60,409 nucleotides of DNA from Candidatus Pacearchaeota archaeon (GTDB taxonomy: Archaea; Nanobdellota; Nanobdellia; Pacearchaeales; GW2011-AR1). The stretch spans positions 1-60,409 of the forward strand of contig JAGVXA010000002.1 of NCBI GenBank assembly GCA_018304025.1, written 5' to 3'. The notes under the pieces are model-generated. The model did no database searches and was not told the DNA's origin. It worked only from the letters and a program-made list of their open reading frames with translations. Position 1 is the stretch's first letter; each line of letters opens with the position of its first letter. This document shows, one piece after another, positions 1 through 10,437 of this stretch. The translations under genes and the position numbers were made by a program.

Positions 1-611
1 GAACATGCGCTGGAACAAAGAGCTGTACAACGCCTTGTGTTTCAAATTGCACTTGTGCATCTAATACTTGCGCAGGTTCAACTTGCTCGAATGGATGCGC
101 GGGAACATGCGCTGGAACAAAGAGCTGTACAACTACTCCTACACCTGTAGAAACTCCAAAAGAAACTTCGGTCGAAGTTCCTGACAAAACTCCAGACGAA
201 ACTCCAGATGAAGTTCCGGTCGAAGTTCCTGACAATATCTCTCCATGCACGTCCGAGTCAGACGAAGAATTATGCAGAGGATACGACGATGGGAGCGGAT
301 ATAATTATCAAGTTTGCGGATTAAGCATTAATGCAGAAGACAGATGCGGAAATACTCATGAAATTTCTTGCGGAAAAAATGTTTGCGAATCTAACGAAAT
401 ATGCAAGAATGAAGTTTGTCAAGTTCAATGCGGCGGCAATAATCAGCCCGTTTGTTTAAGGCGTTACGATTCTGAAACTAAGAAAAGTATTGGATTCAAT
501 TGCGATAATAACTACTATAAATCTTGCACCAAAATTAAACTATATATCGGTTCTACTTATGATTGCAAATGCTACCGCAAACCATTTTGGTGCTTATGGT
601 GCCGAAGGTAA
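1..611 (+). CDS. Cys-rich surface protein, 3' part (5'-truncated by window edge)
   Basis: Open frame from nt 3 to TAA 609-611: TCAGTKSCTT repeated at a 102-nt period (nt 1-31 = 103-133), a P/E/T-rich linker, and a Cys-rich C-terminus ending PFWCLWCRR. Confidence 0.8.
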   Translation, partial: TCAGTKSCTTPCVSNCTCASNTCAGSTCSNGCAGTCAGTKSCTTTPTPVETPKETSVEVPDKTPDETPDEVPVEVPDNISPCTSESDEELCRGYDDGSGYNYQVCGLSINAEDRCGNTHEISCGKNVCESNEICKNEVCQVQCGGNNQPVCLRRYDSETKKSIGFNCDNNYYKSCTKIKLYIGSTYDCKCYRKPFWCLWCRR

Positions 612-668
612 GTAAATATTTTCTACTCTAGAAATATTTATATACTAAATTCTTTTTGATTATAGACG

Positions 669-2252
669 ATGAAAGCGGTGATGATTTTTGTTTTGGGGAT
701 TTTATTAGCGGCGAGTGTGATTGCTGCTGATACTTATGTTTCTGACGAGGGCTTCAAGACCAGCGCGGAATGCGACGCTGTTGGTTATGAAAAGATTTTT
801 TCTTTGAAGGGCGCTAATGGAGAAGATTATTCTTATTGCGTGAAGAAAGAAGCTTTTGATTCTTCCAAATCTTTTCTTATTGATTCGTATCTTGCGTTTG
901 GAGTAGAGATTTGCGATTCAGGAAGAGGATATGACCAAGAGGCAGTGCTCCCATTCAGTGTTTATAAAAATTTAGAAGATTACAACAGAAAAAGAGGCAG
1001 CACAAGCGCGAAATTGTGCATGAAAAAACAATCACGAACTGCAGAAACGATTTCGAAAATTGATTACCAGCTTTTTGGTTTGAGCGCCTGCGCCAGCGAG
1101 AATAATTTAATTGAGAGTTTTGTCGACGGCGCTGGAAAGCCAATTTATCACTGCGCTTCAATTTTGAATGGCTGTGCAGCATGGGGAGCTGCTTCGGTTT
1201 TGACAGAACATCCTGATTGTAAATATCTTATTTCAGGAAGCGAAACAATCGGCACAATTAGAATTAGAACTGCTGTTTCTTCAGGCGAAGGAGCTGATTG
1301 CCCTGAAGCGTCTTGCACTTGCACTGCAGACAAGAAGAAAGGAGCGGGAACTGGATGGGATTGTTCTAGTAAATCAAAAGGGTGCGGGGCGTGGGGAAAT
1401 TTTCAAAATTACAATGACTCTCCTAATTGCAAATATGCTATAGACGATGGTGATTTTGGCGCTGTAAAAGATTCGAGATTTTTTGAAGGAGCTAATTCAT
1501 CTGGCTGTCCTGCTCCGCCATCTTGCGCTTGCACTGGTGATTCTTCGAAAGGCGCTGGGAGTGGATGGGATTGTATAAACGGCTGCGGAGCTTTAATTGG
1601 CAGTTCTGTTTTAACAGAATATCCTAATTGCAAATACCTTGTTGCTGGTGGCAAAGCTCTTGGCGCGAAGGAAGATGCTGTGTTTAAAGAAGGAACAGGA
1701 TGCCCCGATGTTTCATGCAAATGCATTGCTGATTCTTCGAAATCATCTGGAGGAAAATGGGATTGTTCTGTTGATTCTTCTGCTTCCTGCAAAACCTGGG
1801 AAAACGCCCAAATTTTAGAAAATTATCACGGTTGCAATTATACTATTTCAAGTGTCAAGGAAATTGGCAGTGTTAAGAATGCTGTGCTCAAAGCTGGGAG
1901 CGGCTGCCCTGCGGCAACTTGCAAATGCACTGCTGATTCTTCGAAAGGCGCTGGGACTGGATGGGATTGCAGCAGGATTCCAGTAAAGTTGGATTGCAAG
2001 AAAGTAACGCTTTCCGTCGGCAAACTCTTAGGAGCTAGAGAAAGCCCAAATGACATTTGCAAGGGATTATATGGAGAAGAATATGGCTGCAGTAGTGAAG
2101 AGCTGCCTGCTTGCGAGAGAGGATTTGGTCTTAAGTCGTGGCTGAACAGAGGAAGATGCAAAAAACCTTCGTGCGATGCAAAGTATTCGGGAGTTAAGAT
2201 GAAGATTAATTGCTGTAATTCTACTGTAACTGCAAGAATAAATGTATATTAA
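669..2252 (+). CDS. Secreted Cys-rich repeat protein
   Basis: Signal peptide; four ~70-aa repeats C..W...C(K/N)Y...CP..CxCxxD..K..GxWDC; TTTATATA box ~25-30 nt upstream. Confidence 0.85.
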   Translation: MKAVMIFVLGILLAASVIAADTYVSDEGFKTSAECDAVGYEKIFSLKGANGEDYSYCVKKEAFDSSKSFLIDSYLAFGVEICDSGRGYDQEAVLPFSVYKNLEDYNRKRGSTSAKLCMKKQSRTAETISKIDYQLFGLSACASENNLIESFVDGAGKPIYHCASILNGCAAWGAASVLTEHPDCKYLISGSETIGTIRIRTAVSSGEGADCPEASCTCTADKKKGAGTGWDCSSKSKGCGAWGNFQNYNDSPNCKYAIDDGDFGAVKDSRFFEGANSSGCPAPPSCACTGDSSKGAGSGWDCINGCGALIGSSVLTEYPNCKYLVAGGKALGAKEDAVFKEGTGCPDVSCKCIADSSKSSGGKWDCSVDSSASCKTWENAQILENYHGCNYTISSVKEIGSVKNAVLKAGSGCPAATCKCTADSSKGAGTGWDCSRIPVKLDCKKVTLSVGKLLGARESPNDICKGLYGEEYGCSSEELPACERGFGLKSWLNRGRCKKPSCDAKYSGVKMKINCCNSTVTARINVY

Positions 2253-2401
2253 GTTGTAATTTTCTAGTAAATCTCTATATAAACTTTGTGAAGGTTTTAT
2301 TTTGTAACTCTAAAGTACATTCTTATATAAATTCTATTGGCTTGAAATATCGGCTTTTGAGTTGGTAGTATGTATATAAATGAAAGTATATATTGCAGGA
2401 T

Positions 2402-2626
2402 ATGACAGAGCAAATGTTCATGCTTCCGGCGCAATGCAAGAAATGCGGGGCTATATTTGACCTGCGTTACGATCTTGAGGATTACGACGGAGATTTGCAG
2501 ATATTTTCTAAAGACGTGATGGAGAGAGAATCTCTTTGCTGGCATTGCAGGAAAAATGAATTAACTGAAGAGAGCGAGGAGAATGAGAGTGATGAGATTG
2601 GGGAGTTTTTGCTGGAGTTTGAATAA
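2402..2626 (+). CDS. Small Zn-finger protein with acidic tail
   Basis: CKKC and CWHC pairs, Glu-rich C-terminus; ATG 2402 preferred over TTG 2393. Confidence 0.7.
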   Translation: MTEQMFMLPAQCKKCGAIFDLRYDLEDYDGDLQIFSKDVMERESLCWHCRKNELTEESEENESDEIGEFLLEFE

Positions 2627-2648
2627 TAACTATTAAAAAATATTTGTG

Positions 2649-2922
2649 TTCGGCACGCATTGGACTCACTAAATTAATCTTTTCGGTGCGCAAATTGGAC
2701 TTGCCCGTTCTTGCGGCTGGCAAGTCTTATTGTTAATAGCTCACTTCGTTCGCTGATGCGCACCGAATAATTGCTTCGCTGACAATCGCGAGTCTTATCT
2801 GTAAAATTCGCTGTTGATGCGTCGCAATTGGACGCACAATTGCGTTCGGCTGTGCGTCTTATCTGTAAAATTCGCTCCGCGAATTTGGCGACGCATCAAC
2901 TCCGCGAATTTGGCGTGCCGAA
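2649..2922. repeat. Compound nested REP/MITE-like element (outer element plus two inner elements)
   Basis: Outer TIR ttcggcacgc/gcgtgccgaa; inner ttcggtgcgca..tgcgcaccgaa at 2682-2767; inner gttgatgcgtcgc..gcgacgcatcaac at 2813-2900. Confidence 0.85.
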
Positions 2923-3058
2923 AGAGAGAATAATTTTAGAGAAAAGATTTAGTCGGGATTAATTAGTTTGGTAAAATCCTGAAGGGATGTGAGATAATTT
3001 ATTTGCGTATTGGAAGATTTAACGAATAATTTATTAACTAATTCTTTCAGCAGAATAG

Positions 3059-3871
3059 ATGAACGAATTGATTTCAGCGCTGATTATCGCGGTTGTGCAG
3101 GGCTTGACAGAGTGGATGCCGATTAGTTCTTCGGGGCATTTGATTTTGTTTGAGAAATTACTTGATTATTCGGGGGGACTGATGTTTGACGTCGCGCTGC
3201 ATTTTGGAACTTTAATGGCTGTGTTTGTTTATTTTGGCGGAGATATTGTTGATATTGTGAAGGATTTTACTTCTTTAAACTGGAGCTCTGAGAATGGGCG
3301 CTTGGGCTTGCTGATTTTGATAGCGACTTTACCGGCTGTTATCGTGGGTTTTTTATTTAAGAATATTTTTTTGAATGCGTTTGATTCTTTGGGAATTGTT
3401 GCATTGGGTTTTGGGATTACCGGCTTGATTCTTTTGATTGCTTCTTTTCAGCGGCGGATTAAAAGAAAGAAATTAGACGGCAGGACGCTTGAAGTTGGGG
3501 AAAAGAGATTTGGCTATTTTGATGGATTTCTCGTCGGGTGCGCGCAGATTTTGTCTTTGTTTCCAGGGATTTCGCGTTCGGGTGCGACGCTTTCTTCCGG
3601 GCTTTTGCTTGGGCTGGATGAAAAATCAGCTATGAAATTTTCTTTTTTGATGTCTATTCCAATTACATTTGGGGCGAATATTTTGGTTATTGGAAATAAT
3701 ACTCTGCCTTCTAATCTAATTTGGGCTACGCTTGTCAGTTTTGGCGTTGGCTTGCTTGCTATTCATCTGCTGTTCAAACATATTTTGACTTCCCGGCGCA
3801 ATTTGAAGTGGTTTGCGATTTACGCGCTTTTATTGGCAGGGATTTTGGGGATTTGGGTTGGGATGAGTTAG
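3059..3871 (+). CDS. uppP: Undecaprenyl-diphosphate phosphatase (BacA family)
   Basis: QGLTEWMPISSSGH and PGISRSGAT signature motifs, multi-TM. Confidence 0.95.
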   Translation: MNELISALIIAVVQGLTEWMPISSSGHLILFEKLLDYSGGLMFDVALHFGTLMAVFVYFGGDIVDIVKDFTSLNWSSENGRLGLLILIATLPAVIVGFLFKNIFLNAFDSLGIVALGFGITGLILLIASFQRRIKRKKLDGRTLEVGEKRFGYFDGFLVGCAQILSLFPGISRSGATLSSGLLLGLDEKSAMKFSFLMSIPITFGANILVIGNNTLPSNLIWATLVSFGVGLLAIHLLFKHILTSRRNLKWFAIYALLLAGILGIWVGMS

Positions 3872-3986
3872 AGGGGTTTTGGGCAGTGGAGGATTGGTTG
3901 GTTTTGGAGGGATGAATTAGTAGAGAATAATTTGATTCAATGTTTAGTTAAGTTATATTTAAATAGAATATGCAGTTTAATTAATA

Positions 3987-6900
3987 ATGAAAAAGATGCG
4001 GGTGAATCAGAAGAGATTTTTTATTATCTTGATATTTACTGCTGCAATAATTGCGGCAATTTTATTATTAATTTATTCTAAACAAAATGTTCCGTTTTCT
4101 CCTGCTGATTCTTACAGAGTTTTTGCAACAAACCAAACATTCGACGGAAAATTGGGGGGAGTTGAAGGGGCGGATGCAAAATGTCAAGAATCTGCGAATA
4201 CTGCCGGGCTTATTGGAAGTTGGAAAGCGTATATTGGAAAAACAGGAGCTGTTCCAGAATCAAGAATTTTTCAATCTTCTTTGCCTTACAAAAGATTAGA
4301 CGGAGCGTTAATAGCCAATAATTGGAATGATTTAACAGATGGAGGCATAGCAGTACAGATTGATATCGATGAATATGGACAGAAGGTAACTGCAGAACAA
4401 TATTCAACATTTCTTTTTGCTTGGACAGGAGATACTGACTCGGATGGAAAAATAAGCGCCTGCAGGGATTGGACAGCAAATAATCTTGTGTATTCCAATG
4501 GAAAATGGATTTTGCCGGCGCTGTGGAAAGAGTATGGGGGTGCGGGAATAATAAATTGGAAAGACACTAATCGAAATAATGCCCAATGGTATCATGGAGC
4601 TAGTTCTGGATGCCATGTTAAAAATAGATTGTATTGTGTTGAGCAGCCCATGTGCGGAGATGGGATGTGCGATGTTGGGGCTGGAGAGGATTGTTCAAGT
4701 TGTGAGAGTGATTGCGGGGCTTGTGCGCCTGTTTGTGGAGACGAAATATGCAGTGGAAATTTAGATGAAGATTGCGACGGTTTAATTGATTGTGCAGATA
4801 CTGATTGTTCAGAAGAATCTATTTGTATTGCTCCTTCTTTTCCAGAAGATTATGTTTCTTATTGGAGATTTCAAACTGAGACAGATGGAATAACTCCTGA
4901 TGAAACGGGAGCAAATCCTGGGACTTTTCATGGAAACGCAGCAATAATTTATGATGCAGAAAAAGGAAAGGTCCTTAGTTTAGATGGAGATGATGATTAT
5001 GTTGATTTCGGAGATCCTAATATTGGAACAGGAGGAACTGAACTTTCAGTTTGTGCATGGATAAAAGTTCCCACAAATGAAATATCAAGTATACAAACTA
5101 TAATAGGACAATCTGGCGATGGCAATGATCCTTTTTCTTTTTTTATAGACGCTAACGAAGATATTGCATTTAATGTTAATAATAATGCTCATTTAGATTT
5201 TGTTGGGAAATTTCAGGATGGCATATTAAATAAAGCAAGTATTTGGCGTTTTGTTTGCGGGGTTCTTGATGGAACGAACGTAATGGTTTATTTAAATGCT
5301 AGGAAGAGTGCAACTGTTGTGCCTTGGGGAGGGGGAGTAATTGATGATAGCAGTCAACCATATGTTCACTTAGCTATTGGATCTGTTACTGATGATGCAA
5401 ATCCTCCTTCAACTGAGTTCAGCGGAGCAATTGACGACGTAATTATTTATAACAGAGCTTTGAGCGTAGAAGAAATTCAAGCAATCTACAACACTCAAAA
5501 TCCAGGAATTCTTCTAGATTGTTCAGAGCAAGAGGGAGTTATTTGTTCAGTGCTAGAATCCTGTCCTGGAAACCATTTACTTGCTTCTGATACGACTGAA
5601 TGCTGCGATAGTGCTTGTGTCGAGATTCCAGATACATGCAATGAGTGCGGGGTTGACCCGCTTAATCCGTGTGATATAGAAGAATGCCAGTCAATAGCAG
5701 GATGCCACTATACCTTGTTTAATGGATGCAAATCATGCAAAGGCACAACTTGTATAGCCTCCTATGGCATTGATGAAGCAGCATGCGATGCAAATGTTTG
5801 TGGTATTGCGGGGGGATGCAGTTGGCAGATTGACTCAGGCAGCTGCATCATGGGCTCTCCTGAACCTGAATGTTTTACTGACGACGACTGCAATTCTGGT
5901 AGTTGGTGCGGCGGCGGAAAATGTTTGACAGACTATTGTGAATCTGAACATGGCTGTGTTTATTATGTTGATAATGACGGGGGAGACGGATTGCAGAGCG
6001 GATGCAGCGATAGCAATGATGGACGGACATTAAACACGCCATTTTGCACAATTCAAAAAGCCGCTGATATGACGGGGCCCGGAGATACTGTAATGGTAAG
6101 AGGCGGGACTTATATAGTCGAATGTCCTAAAAAGTTATGTGAGATCCTTCACATCATTAGACCTGGAACTTCAGAGAAGCCAATAACTTACACAAATTAT
6201 AATTATCCAAATGAGAAAGTAATTTTGCAAGGACATGGGTTTGAGGATAGAGACTTGAATGGAGACGGTAAAGCTGACGGTATAGCTCTTACATTGCCTG
6301 ATCAAGAGAAACTGATTTGGATACAGGCAAATCATATTCATATAAAGGGATTTGAACTAAAAGAATCCAGCGCGGGAGGAATAGTAATTTCCGGCAGTTT
6401 TAATCTTATTGAAGAATGCATTGTTCATGACAATTGGCTAACTGCGGTGGGAATTGGATATTCTACTTCGGAGACGACAATTGTTGAAAGTAACATAGTA
6501 AGGAATACAGAAACTTATGGAAATCGCCACGGTTATGGAATCACTATAGGAAGAAACTCTCCGGGCAGCAAGGATTCTTATTTGAACTACGTAAGAAATA
6601 ATAAAATAGAAAACTGTCTAAGTTATAATAATGGTTATGAATCGGGGGGATTTAATAATGTTTTGCCTATAGGAGGAGATGGGGACGGAGGAGGAAATAG
6701 CGACGGCATGGGAGCATCTAAGCTGTGCAGTTATTATCATACTCTTAATGGCGTAACATGGGATGATTTTAATTGGTGTCCTAATAATTCAATAATAAGC
6801 AATATTATTTTTGGCAATGCAGATGATGGTATGGATGTCTCCTTTTCAGATTCCCTTTTAAGCCGAAACATAATGTTTAGCAACGGACCTGACGGAGGAG

Positions 6901-7505
6901 TAGGAATTAAGGTGTTCGCTCCCGCTGAAAATTTGTTCTTTGATTCAAATGTAGCTTTTGATAATCATATCGGATATGAATTCAGGCAAGATTTAGGAAG
7001 AACTCCATTTACATTATACCACAATCTGGACTTGCGGAATGTTAAACCAACGCTAATTATCCCGCCAAATAGTGCAAACATAAACAATAAATGGGGCGGC
7101 GGTGAAGGTCTTGTCAATCCTTCTTTTGCTTTTGAAGGAGACTTTTATGTGAGCAGATTACTAAGAAATCAGGATAGCTGCTTTTGCCGCGCAGGGATTC
7201 TATTTGTACCTTGTACTTGTCCGGATTCTTATAGTTTGAACTTCCCAGAATTATATACGGTGGAGATGAAGATTGCATATATGATGGATAAATTTAGGGC
7301 CGCGTTCAGCCCTGCTTCTGACAGTTTATTAATTGATGAAGGAATGTTTGTTCAAGGACACCATTGTTCAGCTGCAGGAGAGCGCTCTGAAGAAGACTGC
7401 AGAGAATGGTATGGTTCTTATCCAGATACGGGGGCGTTTGAATTTAGCACCCCTATTAGTTCTCCTCTTAGTTTATGGCAAATAATTTTGGAGTGGTTTA
7501 AATAG
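3987..7505 (+). CDS. Large membrane-anchored surface protein: DUF1554-like domain, Cys-rich repeats, LamG domain, right-handed beta-helix (pectin lyase-like)
   Basis: N-terminal TM; RVFAT..GxLGG..GADAKC; YWRF...LDGDDDYV...FSGAIDDVIIYNRALS (LamG); YYVD...PFCTIQKAAD..GPGDTVMVRGGTY followed by beta-helix repeats. Confidence 0.8.
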   Translation: MKKMRVNQKRFFIILIFTAAIIAAILLLIYSKQNVPFSPADSYRVFATNQTFDGKLGGVEGADAKCQESANTAGLIGSWKAYIGKTGAVPESRIFQSSLPYKRLDGALIANNWNDLTDGGIAVQIDIDEYGQKVTAEQYSTFLFAWTGDTDSDGKISACRDWTANNLVYSNGKWILPALWKEYGGAGIINWKDTNRNNAQWYHGASSGCHVKNRLYCVEQPMCGDGMCDVGAGEDCSSCESDCGACAPVCGDEICSGNLDEDCDGLIDCADTDCSEESICIAPSFPEDYVSYWRFQTETDGITPDETGANPGTFHGNAAIIYDAEKGKVLSLDGDDDYVDFGDPNIGTGGTELSVCAWIKVPTNEISSIQTIIGQSGDGNDPFSFFIDANEDIAFNVNNNAHLDFVGKFQDGILNKASIWRFVCGVLDGTNVMVYLNARKSATVVPWGGGVIDDSSQPYVHLAIGSVTDDANPPSTEFSGAIDDVIIYNRALSVEEIQAIYNTQNPGILLDCSEQEGVICSVLESCPGNHLLASDTTECCDSACVEIPDTCNECGVDPLNPCDIEECQSIAGCHYTLFNGCKSCKGTTCIASYGIDEAACDANVCGIAGGCSWQIDSGSCIMGSPEPECFTDDDCNSGSWCGGGKCLTDYCESEHGCVYYVDNDGGDGLQSGCSDSNDGRTLNTPFCTIQKAADMTGPGDTVMVRGGTYIVECPKKLCEILHIIRPGTSEKPITYTNYNYPNEKVILQGHGFEDRDLNGDGKADGIALTLPDQEKLIWIQANHIHIKGFELKESSAGGIVISGSFNLIEECIVHDNWLTAVGIGYSTSETTIVESNIVRNTETYGNRHGYGITIGRNSPGSKDSYLNYVRNNKIENCLSYNNGYESGGFNNVLPIGGDGDGGGNSDGMGASKLCSYYHTLNGVTWDDFNWCPNNSIISNIIFGNADDGMDVSFSDSLLSRNIMFSNGPDGGVGIKVFAPAENLFFDSNVAFDNHIGYEFRQDLGRTPFTLYHNLDLRNVKPTLIIPPNSANINNKWGGGEGLVNPSFAFEGDFYVSRLLRNQDSCFCRAGILFVPCTCPDSYSLNFPELYTVEMKIAYMMDKFRAAFSPASDSLLIDEGMFVQGHHCSAAGERSEEDCREWYGSYPDTGAFEFSTPISSPLSLWQIILEWFK

Positions 7506-7540
7506 AATTTATTAATGCAAATACGGCAGGATATCAAAAT

Positions 7541-8953
7541 CTAAATCTTCTTAAACAAAATTTCTGATTTTTTAATTGGTTTTATTGTTAATGGCTTGTT
7601 TAATTCAGAGAGAGATAATTTGAAATTAAATGTCTTTGCGATTTTTTCTGAAGTTTCTGGGAGAAAGGGGCTTAGCAAAATTGTGAAATCTTTGATTGCT
7701 TTTACTAAATCATAGAGAACTTTTTTATCATAAGTTACCCAGGGCTTTTTGTTTTGGATGTATTCATTTGTTTTATCGACGAATGCGAAGATTTCACTTA
7801 ATGCTTTGTCTGTTTCGTAATTCTCGAAGAAGGATTCTAATTTCTTTAGCGTTGGTTTTATGTCGAGAGATTTATCTTCTGATTTTTCCAAGCCATATTT
7901 TTCTGCCAATGTTGAAACTCTTGAAATGAGATTTCCTAATTTGTTTGCCAGTTCGTTGTTGTGTCTTTCTATCAAGATTTCTTCGCTGTAATCAGAATCA
8001 TCGAAGACAGAGCATTTTAACAGCGAGTATCTTACTGAATCTATTCCGTATTTTTCTGCAAGTTCGACGGGATTGATTGTGTTGCCAAGTGATTTGGATA
8101 TTTTCTGTCCTTTGAGATTGAGATAGCCGTGGACTAATAATTTTTTTGGGAGTTTTTGTTTTGTCGAGATTAGCATTGCAGGCCAGATTACTGAATGAAA
8201 CCAGTTAATTCCTTTTCCGATTACATGAACGTCTGCAGGCCAGTTTCCCTTGGCTCCGGAAATATAATTTATTAACGCGTCGAACCAGACGTAGATTTTG
8301 AATTTTTCGTCTATTGGTGAATCTATTCCCCAGTCGAGATTTGTTCTTGAGACGCATAAATCTTTCAGTTCTTCGTCTTTTAATCTGGAGAGAATTTCGT
8401 TTTTTCTTTTATTTGGAATTATGTAATCTTGATTGAATTTGATTATTTGCGATTTGTATTTGCTTAATCTAAAGAAGTACGCTTCTTCTGAAATCCATTT
8501 TGGAGCTGTGTTGTGCTCGGGGCATTTGCCGTCGACTAAATCTCTTTCTGTTTTGTAAGCTTCGCAGCCCTCGCAGTATAATCCTTCGTATTTTCCTTTG
8601 TAGATGTCTTTGTTTTTGTAAGCTTCGAGGAAAAGTTCTTTTGATTTGTTGACGTGTTCTTTTGAAGTTGTTCTTATGAAGAAATCGTTTGAGATGGAAA
8701 GTTTTTTGCATAGTTCTTCAAATATTTTCGAGTTTTTGTCGACGAATTTTTGCGTCGGGATTCCTGCTGTTTTCGCGGCTTGCGCGTTTTTTTGGGCGTT
8801 TTCGTCTGTGCCTGTTAGGAAGAAAACTTTTTCGTTTTGGAGGCGATGCCATCTTGCGAGAGCGTCGGCTAAAACTTTCTCGAACGCGTGCCCGATGTGG
8901 GGGGATGCGTTTACGTAGTCAATTGCTGTTGTTATGTAAAATGTTTTTTTCAT
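7541..8953 (-). CDS. metG: Methionyl-tRNA synthetase (short, MetRS1-like)
   Basis: FYITTAIDYVN..PHIGH, LTGTDEN, CEGC..CPEH knuckle, YVWFDAL, KISKS. Confidence 0.95.
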   Translation of the reverse strand: MKKTFYITTAIDYVNASPHIGHAFEKVLADALARWHRLQNEKVFFLTGTDENAQKNAQAAKTAGIPTQKFVDKNSKIFEELCKKLSISNDFFIRTTSKEHVNKSKELFLEAYKNKDIYKGKYEGLYCEGCEAYKTERDLVDGKCPEHNTAPKWISEEAYFFRLSKYKSQIIKFNQDYIIPNKRKNEILSRLKDEELKDLCVSRTNLDWGIDSPIDEKFKIYVWFDALINYISGAKGNWPADVHVIGKGINWFHSVIWPAMLISTKQKLPKKLLVHGYLNLKGQKISKSLGNTINPVELAEKYGIDSVRYSLLKCSVFDDSDYSEEILIERHNNELANKLGNLISRVSTLAEKYGLEKSEDKSLDIKPTLKKLESFFENYETDKALSEIFAFVDKTNEYIQNKKPWVTYDKKVLYDLVKAIKDFTILLSPFLPETSEKIAKTFNFKLSLSELNKPLTIKPIKKSEILFKKI

Positions 8954-8992
8954 AAGGATTAGAAAGGCGGGAGGTATAAAAAACTAACTGCC

Positions 8993-9158
8993 TCGGCACG
9001 CAATTGCTGTTTGACAATTTTGTGCGGCTGTCAAACAGTTATTTATTTACAAAATTCCTTCGTTTTCGGCGCGAATTGTCGTGACAATTCGCTATCGGTT
9101 TGAAAATTTGCTTCGCAAATTTTCTGCGCGCCGAAAATAATTTTGTTGGCGTGCCGAA
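8993..9158. repeat. REP/MITE-like element carrying a nested 75-bp element (9063-9137)
   Basis: Outer tcggcacgc/gcgtgccga; inner perfect 11-bp TIR ttttcggcgcg/cgcgccgaaaa; near-identical to 13513-13676. Confidence 0.9.
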
Positions 9159-9162
9159 TTAA

Positions 9163-9531
9163 CTAAGAAAGATTTTCTGGATTGGAGAAATAAGAATCAA
9201 CGTAATTTGTTAATCCTTCTGGAGACTGCCTTTCTGTGAGATTTGGGTCTCGGGTTATTTTTCCCCGGTAAACATTTAATAAATTTGTCCTTAGAGGGTT
9301 TGGAGTGTAAGAATCAAATGAAAAAAGAGTGTATTTTATTTTTGTTCCCTTTACTGCGCCCGAAGTGCGAATTCTTACTTCGTCTACTGGGGCAAAAATT
9401 TCCTGTACTTTCTGCTCGATTTTGTCAGATTGCCTGGTTTCGTTGATGATAACAAAATTCATATGATGCACTATCGGGTCTGATTCTGAACGGAATTCGT
9501 ATCTTATTTGCCTTTGGATTTTTTTTGCCAT
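9163..9531 (-). CDS. Hypothetical protein
   Basis: 122-aa ORF with TTTATATA box ~24 nt upstream of ATG. Confidence 0.65.
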   Translation of the reverse strand: MAKKIQRQIRYEFRSESDPIVHHMNFVIINETRQSDKIEQKVQEIFAPVDEVRIRTSGAVKGTKIKYTLFSFDSYTPNPLRTNLLNVYRGKITRDPNLTERQSPEGLTNYVDSYFSNPENLS

Positions 9532-9573
9532 CGGATTTTTATTTTATTCAGATATATAAATTATATTGTTTTT

Positions 9574-9612
9574 GCCCGCCAATTGTCGTGACAGTTCGTT
9601 ATCTTTTTGAAA
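9574..9612. repeat. Truncated copy of the REP-like element
   Basis: aattgtcgtgacagttcgttatc matches the inner element at 9074-9096. Confidence 0.6.
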
Positions 9613-9623
9613 AGATTTAAAAA
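9609..9623 (+). promoter_or_regulatory. BRE + TATA box of rpl15e (example of the window-wide gaaaRnTTTAWA promoter)
   Basis: gaaaagaTTTAAAAA ending ~22 nt before ATG 9645; a similar motif precedes the genes at 16178, 18391, 56352 and 58035. Confidence 0.7.
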
Positions 9624-9644
9624 CCGAATTTTGTAAGAGTTAAG

Positions 9645-10220
9645 ATGGTTAACGGACTAAATTATTATCTAAGACAGGCGTGGAAAAAGCCGGACAAGGA
9701 AACTTTGAGAAACAGAATGGTTGAATGGAGAGCTGACGACGCTATTGTCAAAGTTGAGAAACCTTTGAGATTAGACAGGGCTCGCGCTTTGGGATATAAG
9801 GCGAAAAAAGGATTTGTTGTTTTGAGAGTCCGCCTGAACAGAGGAGGACGCAAGAGAGTCAGATTTGGCGTTAAAGGACGAAAGTCAAAAAATCAGACTA
9901 TTAGAAAAACATTAAAGATGAGCTATCAGTGGGTTGCTGAAATTCGGGCTGCGCGGAAATACAAAAATCTGGAAGTTTTGAATTCTTACCCAATTGGAAA
10001 AGACGGGAATCATTATTTCTTTGAAGTTATTATGGTTGATTCTTCGAAGCCAGAGATTCGAAATGACAGGACTTTGAAATGGCTTTCTGTCGGAACGAAT
10101 AAAAAAAGAGCTGAACGAGGATTGACCTCTGCTGGGAAAAAATCGCGAGGATTGAGAAGCAAATCGCCGAGGATGAAAGTTCGTCCTTCATTAAGAAGTT
10201 GGGACAGAAAAGGAAAATAA
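9645..10220 (+). CDS. rpl15e: 50S ribosomal protein L15e
   Basis: RLDRARALGYKAKKGFVVLRVR, NLEVLNSY..DG..FFEVIMVD, RGLTSAGKKSRGL. Confidence 0.97.
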   Translation: MVNGLNYYLRQAWKKPDKETLRNRMVEWRADDAIVKVEKPLRLDRARALGYKAKKGFVVLRVRLNRGGRKRVRFGVKGRKSKNQTIRKTLKMSYQWVAEIRAARKYKNLEVLNSYPIGKDGNHYFFEVIMVDSSKPEIRNDRTLKWLSVGTNKKRAERGLTSAGKKSRGLRSKSPRMKVRPSLRSWDRKGK

Positions 10221-10221
10221 A

Positions 10222-10422
10222 ATGAATGTTATAACTGTTCCTTTTTTTCGAGATAGAAATTTGAGGATTGAAAGTTATAATTCTGCTTATGTTTTGCAGA
10301 GCGCTGTTGATATATTTTACTCAGAAGGCAATCAAAAGGGAGATGAGGATGTTAAACCTGTTGAGAGAAAAGTTGAGATGATTGCTGAGATTAGCGACGA
10401 TAAATTAGATTTGACTGGTTGA
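10222..10422 (+). CDS. Hypothetical small protein
   Basis: ATG 1 nt after the rpl15e stop; no recognisable motif. Confidence 0.45.
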   Translation: MNVITVPFFRDRNLRIESYNSAYVLQSAVDIFYSEGNQKGDEDVKPVERKVEMIAEISDDKLDLTG

Positions 10423-10437
10423 TAAAAGGAATTCTAG

